32,000 nucleotides of DNA from Cylindrospermopsis raciborskii Cr2010 (lineage in GTDB: Bacteria; Cyanobacteriota; Cyanobacteriia; Cyanobacteriales; Nostocaceae), in NCBI RefSeq assembly GCF_003367075.2, contig NZ_CP065936.1:1380001-1412000 (forward strand). The letters run 5' to 3'. The notes under the pieces are model-generated. The model was not told the origin of the DNA. It worked only from the letters and a program-made list of their open reading frames with translations, and did no database searches. The translations under genes and the position numbers were made by a program. Below are positions 27,191-32,000 of this stretch, in pieces (position 1 is the stretch's first letter; each line of letters starts with the position of its first letter).

Positions 27191-27237
27191 GGTGTTCTGG
27201 CTAAAGCTATAACCTAACCCAACTAAGCCAGAACGCC
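27191..27237. repeat. Family-2 inverted repeat / bidirectional terminator candidate between convergent hemH and purB
   Basis: GGTGTTCTGGCT (27191-27202) and AGCCAGAACGCC (27226-27237) form a 12-bp stem with one G-U pair and a 23-nt loop. The core is shared with 19655-19718. Confidence 0.7.
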
Positions 27238-27260
27238 TACCCAATTCTATCAATATATAA

Positions 27261-28556
27261 CTAGATACCTAATCGCTCATACACTTGATCTAAATATTTT
27301 AAGTGCTGCTTTGCATCAAAGCAGGCATCTATTTCCGAGTCAGATAATTTTTCTCGGACACGCAAATCTTGGGTAATGAGGTGACGGAAGTTACCTTCTG
27401 GGTTGTTCCACGCTATGTGGGCATTTTGTTGAACTATGGCATAGGCTTCTTCTCGCCTAGTTCCTTTGTCTATTAAGGCCAGTAAAACTCTTTGACTAAA
27501 CACTACTCCACCATAGCAGTTAAGGTTTCTTGCCATGTTTTGTGGATACACCAAAAGATTAGTGATTAAATCAATGATTTCATGGAGCATAAAGTCAGTT
27601 AATATACAAGCGTCAGGAAGCATCACCCGCTCCACAGAACTGTGAGAAATGTCTCTTTCATGCCATAAAGCTACGTTTTCTAATGCTGCACCCGCATGAC
27701 TTCTGACTAGTCTAGCCATACCAGTTAGTCTTTCGGAACGAATGGGATTGCGTTTGTGTGGCATGGCACTGGAGCCTTTTTGTCCCTTGGAGAAGTATTC
27801 TTCCACCTCCAAAACATCAGTTTTTTGTAAATTGCGAATTTCTACGGCAAAGCGTTCTATGGAAGCTGCTAAAAGAGCTAGTTGTTGTACAAACTCAGCA
27901 TGAATATCCCGAGAAATTACTTGGGTGGAAGCAGTATCAGGTTTGAGTCCCAGTTTTGCACAGGCGATCGCCTCTACACGTGGTTCTATGTTAGCATAGG
28001 TTCCCACCGCTCCCGATATTTTACCCACCGCAACATTTTTCCTGAGTAATTGTAACCGCTCCTGATGTCGGAGAACCTCAGCTAACCAACCAGCTAATTT
28101 AAATCCAAAGGTAATTGGTTCCGCGTGAATCCCATGCGATCGCCCAATCATTACAGTATAACGATGTTCATGAGCCTTAATGCGAATTGCCTGGATGAGA
28201 TTTTCCACCTTTTGACATAATAGATCCAAACTAGCGACTAACTGTAGTGCTAATGCTGTATCCAAGACATCCGAGCTAGTTAAGCCCAGATGAATATAAC
28301 GCCCTGCATCACCTACATATTCATTTACATTAGTGAGAAAAGCAATCATGTCATGGCGAACTTCTGCTTCAATTTCTAGTACTCGCTTAGGATCGAACTT
28401 GGCTTTAGCCTTAATTTCATCCACCGCTGCTAGGGGAATATAATCCAGTTCGCCCTGAGCTTCACACACAGCAATTTCCACTTGTAGCCAGGTTTGTAAC
28501 TTATAGGATTCACTCCACAGATTGCCCATTTCGGGCAAGGTATAACGCTCAATCAC
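27261..28556 (-). CDS. purB: Adenylosuccinate lyase
   Basis: Fumarate-lyase signature GSSAMPHKRNP and an IERYTLPEM N-terminus. GTG start at 28556. Confidence 0.95.
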   Translation of the reverse strand: MIERYTLPEMGNLWSESYKLQTWLQVEIAVCEAQGELDYIPLAAVDEIKAKAKFDPKRVLEIEAEVRHDMIAFLTNVNEYVGDAGRYIHLGLTSSDVLDTALALQLVASLDLLCQKVENLIQAIRIKAHEHRYTVMIGRSHGIHAEPITFGFKLAGWLAEVLRHQERLQLLRKNVAVGKISGAVGTYANIEPRVEAIACAKLGLKPDTASTQVISRDIHAEFVQQLALLAASIERFAVEIRNLQKTDVLEVEEYFSKGQKGSSAMPHKRNPIRSERLTGMARLVRSHAGAALENVALWHERDISHSSVERVMLPDACILTDFMLHEIIDLITNLLVYPQNMARNLNCYGGVVFSQRVLLALIDKGTRREEAYAIVQQNAHIAWNNPEGNFRHLITQDLRVREKLSDSEIDACFDAKQHLKYLDQVYERLGI

Positions 28557-28687
28557 ATTCAGACATATAATACAACTGTCATATTTTACTTCTAATTAGG
28601 GTTTGCATCAAATTTTTCCGTAGGATTATTTTAAATAACATTTACACACGCCTAAAATAAAACTAGAGAAAAGAATTTGACATTGGC

Positions 28688-28714
28688 AGTCCCCCCAATC
28701 CTAAAAGGGGGACT
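28688..28714 (-). terminator. Hairpin 11 nt downstream of the deoxyhypusine-synthase-like gene stop
   Basis: AGTCCCCC / 11-nt loop / GGGGGACT: an 8-bp GC-rich perfect stem. On the transcribed strand a TTTTCTC tract follows about 20 nt later. Confidence 0.45.
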
Positions 28715-28725
28715 AATATTATCTA

Positions 28726-29826
28726 TTATGCTTCCACTAGAACACGCTGTTTTGCTGCCAAATAGTCTTTTTGTAAGGTGTCTAATAACTCTTCTCGTCT
28801 GTCGTATAATCGTTTTAGAGATCGTGGTTGACCCTGATTTAATGCGTATGCCGTAATCAAAGGCAGGGCAATTGTACTATCAGTGTAACAAACTATTGTA
28901 CTGGGCAACTCGTCAGGATCTATTTTACCCCAACTCACCGCTTCTGCTGGAGTTGCACCAGACAATCCACCAGTATCTGGACGTGCATCTGTAAATTGAA
29001 CAAAGAAATCATGTCCTCTTTCTTCTAAACCCAGGACTTCGTGAATTTGTGGTTGGGTCTGAAGGAGAAAGTTTTTGGGACTTCCACCACCCAGAATCAC
29101 CGCTGCACTTTTCCCCTCTCCTTCCCTTGCTCCGTAAGCAATAGCCGCAGTTTCATTTACATCAATAGCTGGATCTAATACCAGCTTTGAACCCTCTAAC
29201 GCCAAGGCTGCTACATTCATCCCTATAGAACTATCACCGGGAGAAGAAGTATAAATAGGAACGCCATATTCATAAGCTGTAGCTAGGAGACAGGAATTTT
29301 CTACCCCCAACTGCTTTTCCACTTCTCGTACATATTTGCCAAGCAGGTAGTGAAATTCAGCCGTTCCCATGCGCTTTTGAAAGGGTTCTGCTTGCAATAT
29401 TTTACGAATAAAAGCATCAGTTTCTAGTAGCACATCATAACCGAAGATAATGTCATAAATTCGGATTGTTCCCTCTTCCCGTAATTTAACATCATCCAAA
29501 AAGGGACTACCTGCAAACAGGTCAAAACCTAAACCATAGTGCATATCATGATAAAGATTGGCACCGGTGCTAATCATCCAGTCGATATAACCATGACGAA
29601 TTAAAGGAGCTAAAGCGGAAACACCAAATCCTGCTGGTGTCATAGCACCAGAAAGACTTAATCCCACCGTTACACCCGGTTGGAATATATCCTCAGTTAG
29701 TAATTTACACGCCTCTCTTAACCGAGCTGAATTATAAGCAGTGAAGTAGTTATTAATTAAGTCAACTACACTAATATTCGATGAAATTGGTGCGGGTGCA
29801 ATTTTTTTACCTTGTTTCTTTGACAT
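28726..29826 (-). CDS. Deoxyhypusine synthase-like protein (probable homospermidine-forming enzyme, SpeY-like)
   Basis: 366 aa with the [12 protein letters not shown] motif, a glycine-rich NAD-binding region and the overall DHS-family pattern. The functional inference comes from the Anabaena DHS homologue reported to be needed for homospermidine synthesis. Confidence 0.8.
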   Translation of the reverse strand: MSKKQGKKIAPAPISSNISVVDLINNYFTAYNSARLREACKLLTEDIFQPGVTVGLSLSGAMTPAGFGVSALAPLIRHGYIDWMISTGANLYHDMHYGLGFDLFAGSPFLDDVKLREEGTIRIYDIIFGYDVLLETDAFIRKILQAEPFQKRMGTAEFHYLLGKYVREVEKQLGVENSCLLATAYEYGVPIYTSSPGDSSIGMNVAALALEGSKLVLDPAIDVNETAAIAYGAREGEGKSAAVILGGGSPKNFLLQTQPQIHEVLGLEERGHDFFVQFTDARPDTGGLSGATPAEAVSWGKIDPDELPSTIVCYTDSTIALPLITAYALNQGQPRSLKRLYDRREELLDTLQKDYLAAKQRVLVEA

Positions 29827-29933
29827 TTTTTCACTTTCCCATAGTCAGTATTCCGATTCTAATGATATGAGAGATAATATGAGATATTTGGAGGCTTAAT
29901 TTTTTCCAGTTCTCATGGGATGAAGATACACGG

Positions 29934-30611
29934 ATGAGTAGAAACACATCGGATCAGTTGGGCGAGGATCAAGAAATTGGTGGGTTGATTGATGAGGTCA
30001 TGTCATCATCCTTGAGCGATGAGCAGTACCGTCAGAAAATGCAGCGTCGTAAACAGATACAAGATCAACGTATAGCGGATGCCATTCCTCAAAAGGGGTT
30101 AATTATAGTTAATACTGGTCATGGCAAGGGGAAAACCACTGCTGCTTTGGGTATGATAGTAAGAGCACTGGGACATGGATATAAAGTGGCAATTGTGCAA
30201 TTTATTAAAGGTGCTTGGGAACCATCAGAAAAGCGGGTTTTTAGCTCCTGGTCCGATCAACTGGAATTTCATGCCATGGGTGAGGGTTTTACCTGGGAAA
30301 CCCAAGACCGGGACAGGGACTTAGATAAGGCTAATGTTGCTTGGGAGAAGTCTTTAGAGTTTATTCGCCATCCTGAGTTTCACTTGGTTTTGTTAGACGA
30401 AATTAATATTGCCCTAAAACTTGGTTATTTAAAGGTGGATCAAGTTTTAGCAGGTTTAGCTCAAAAACCCCCTGATAAGCACGTCATTTTAACTGGTCGG
30501 GGCGCTCCACCAGCTTTAATTGAAAAAGCGGATTTAGTTACGGAAATGACTCTGATCAAACACCCATTTAAGGATCAAGGAGTTAAAGCTCAACCAGGAA
30601 TTGAGTATTAG
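29934..30611 (+). CDS. cobO: Cob(I)yrinic acid a,c-diamide adenosyltransferase
   Basis: P-loop TGHGKGKTTAALG and LVLLDEINIAL, with a cyanobacterial-type N-terminal extension. Confidence 0.9.
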   Translation: MSRNTSDQLGEDQEIGGLIDEVMSSSLSDEQYRQKMQRRKQIQDQRIADAIPQKGLIIVNTGHGKGKTTAALGMIVRALGHGYKVAIVQFIKGAWEPSEKRVFSSWSDQLEFHAMGEGFTWETQDRDRDLDKANVAWEKSLEFIRHPEFHLVLLDEINIALKLGYLKVDQVLAGLAQKPPDKHVILTGRGAPPALIEKADLVTEMTLIKHPFKDQGVKAQPGIEY

Positions 30612-30642
30612 TGGTGACAGAAATTCTAAATTTAGACCGTCT

Positions 30643-30672
30643 CGTAGGTTGGGTTGAGGAACGAAACCCAAC
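30643..30672. repeat. Small dispersed hairpin repeat, family 1 (copy C)
   Basis: CGTAG-GTTGGGTT-GAGGAACGA-AACCCAAC, lying between the convergent cobO and dacB. Confidence 0.85.
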
Positions 30673-30755
30673 AAATTATGATGATAATTAATTTTCCAGA
30701 TCGCCCAACCTGCATTCCTGCATTATTTATAATTGCTGGTTTGGCGGTGTGTCAA

Positions 30756-32000
30756 CTAGCATTTGTGCAATTTTGCCAGTAAAATGATGATTTCATCCAT
30801 TGCTTTCCTGACTGCTGATGGGTGTTGTGATTGATTAACTATCATGCTAAACACTAAATCATCATAATTGGGAACATTAATATATCCAGATAGAGAAATT
30901 ACACCAGTCATGGAACCTGTTTTTCCTTGAACTATTCCCCAAGCAGGAGTTTTTAAAAACCGATTTTTTAGGGTACCATTCATACCACCGGTAGCTAGGG
31001 ATGCACGAAACAGATTGCCATCAGGTGATTTTGCCATCACCTGTAATATTTTTACCAATGCTTCTGGACTAATTAGGTTCTTGCGAGATAGTCCAGAACC
31101 ATCCACAATCATATAAGTATTAGGTTCTATTCCCCATTCACTCAGGGTAGTTTTTAGTATTTTTAAGCCTTGGTTTACAGTGGTTTCATTTTTGTTAGTT
31201 GATTCACTATTACCTAAATGTCTGAGTAAAGATTCGGCGTAGAGATTATTACTATTCCTATTCACTTCTTTGAGTAAATCTGGCAAGGTAAGGGATTCAA
31301 CGACAGCTATTTCTGGCTTTTGTTCAGCTATTTTATAGTGTTGGTATTCAAAAATAGGTTGAATTTCCTTAACGTTTATCCCTACTTTTTCCCAGGTCAA
31401 ACGCAAGTTTTTTAAGAAGTTATCTATGGGGTCAATAACTGATAACCCTATGGTTTGAGAAGGGGAATTAATAGGCAGTTTGCCATCAATCTTTAATACT
31501 TGACCTTTTAGATCTCTGGTGACTTGGAAAAATCTCGACTCATTTTCAGCAACAGTGATAGAATTATTTTCTATTCCACTATATAATTCCATATCGTTAG
31601 ACCAAGTAATGTTTAATTTTTCTCCTATCTTGTTGGGAGATAAAGTCAAAATTCCAGTATTTTCATTGACCATTAAACTATTGACTGGGGCACCATAATC
31701 AGCTTGTATATCTTCCCATTGCCAACTGGCATCAATGTATTCTCCTTGAAAGTAACTATCATCCACAATTAGCTTGTTAATTGACCGAATTCCCCGTTGC
31801 TGCAATTTCTGAGCTAGGGCGGTTAATTGGGCATTATTAAAACTGGGATCTCCTCTACCAACTAAATAAAAATTACCTTCATCTCCTTGATGAATTGAGG
31901 TACGAATGCGAAAGTCTTTGCCCAGTTTTTGCCATGCTGCTGCTGCAGTTAATATTTTGGTGGTAGATGCAGGAATAAAATACTTTTGGGCATCCCGACT
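30756..32000 (-). CDS. dacB: D-alanyl-D-alanine carboxypeptidase/endopeptidase (PBP4, S13 family); N-terminus lies beyond the right edge
   Basis: The track lists 30756-31805, but the frame stays open to position 32000. Manual translation gives SRDAQKYFIPASTTKILTAAAA, with the SxxK motif STTK at 31956-31967. Also DGSGLSRKN and a KTGS motif. Confidence 0.85.
   Translation of the reverse strand, partial: SRDAQKYFIPASTTKILTAAAAWQKLGKDFRIRTSIHQGDEGNFYLVGRGDPSFNNAQLTALAQKLQQRGIRSINKLIVDDSYFQGEYIDASWQWEDIQADYGAPVNSLMVNENTGILTLSPNKIGEKLNITWSNDMELYSGIENNSITVAENESRFFQVTRDLKGQVLKIDGKLPINSPSQTIGLSVIDPIDNFLKNLRLTWEKVGINVKEIQPIFEYQHYKIAEQKPEIAVVESLTLPDLLKEVNRNSNNLYAESLLRHLGNSESTNKNETTVNQGLKILKTTLSEWGIEPNTYMIVDGSGLSRKNLISPEALVKILQVMAKSPDGNLFRASLATGGMNGTLKNRFLKTPAWGIVQGKTGSMTGVISLSGYINVPNYDDLVFSMIVNQSQHPSAVRKAMDEIIILLAKLHKC

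Noticed and set aside
27758-27946. 62-aa ORF antisense to purB
   Set aside because: It lies inside a strongly supported gene on the other strand.
29827-29933. Cobalamin riboswitch upstream of cobO
   Set aside because: Only 107 bp are available and no B12-box-like sequence is visible. The region contains just a short direct repeat (ATATGAGA twice).

Overview
This looks like a chromosomal, mostly housekeeping segment of an AT-rich, Nostocales-like cyanobacterium. The supporting signs are 15 copies of the HIP1 palindrome GCGATCGC, small hairpin dispersed repeats, an mrpCDEFGAB-order antiporter operon, a ferrochelatase with a C-terminal CAB helix, and a carboxysome ccmP gene. I support 33 protein-coding genes, two of them truncated by the window edges. 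They include ccmP (partial, absent from the supplied ORF track, TTG start), clpP, an RNase II/R exoribonuclease, ubiX and a small-ORF-ybeY-dgkA-trpG string. They also include a 7-bladed FG-GAP/VCBS propeller protein, a 712-aa zinc-ribbon/Ser-Thr-kinase/P-loop/membrane-domain fusion, and a two-gene module (109-aa protein plus Pol-beta-type nucleotidyltransferase). The rest are aat, def, a DUF29 protein, the seven-gene Mrp cluster, an ATPase-like protein with degenerate Walker motifs, ilvC, an NDH-2, a P2-type cation ATPase, a SAM methyltransferase, hemH, purB, a deoxyhypusine-synthase-like gene, cobO and dacB (partial). I saw no rRNA, tRNA, CRISPR array, transposase, integrase or phage genes. 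I did not find a convincing self-contained new multi-gene system. The most unusual items are the kinase-GTPase-like-membrane fusion, the pseudo-ATPase next to the Mrp operon, the reduced Mrp cluster architecture, the small-protein/nucleotidyltransferase pair, and two families of dispersed hairpin repeats in intergenic regions. All functional calls rest on motif recognition in the translated ORFs and on recollection of protein families. No database search was run.
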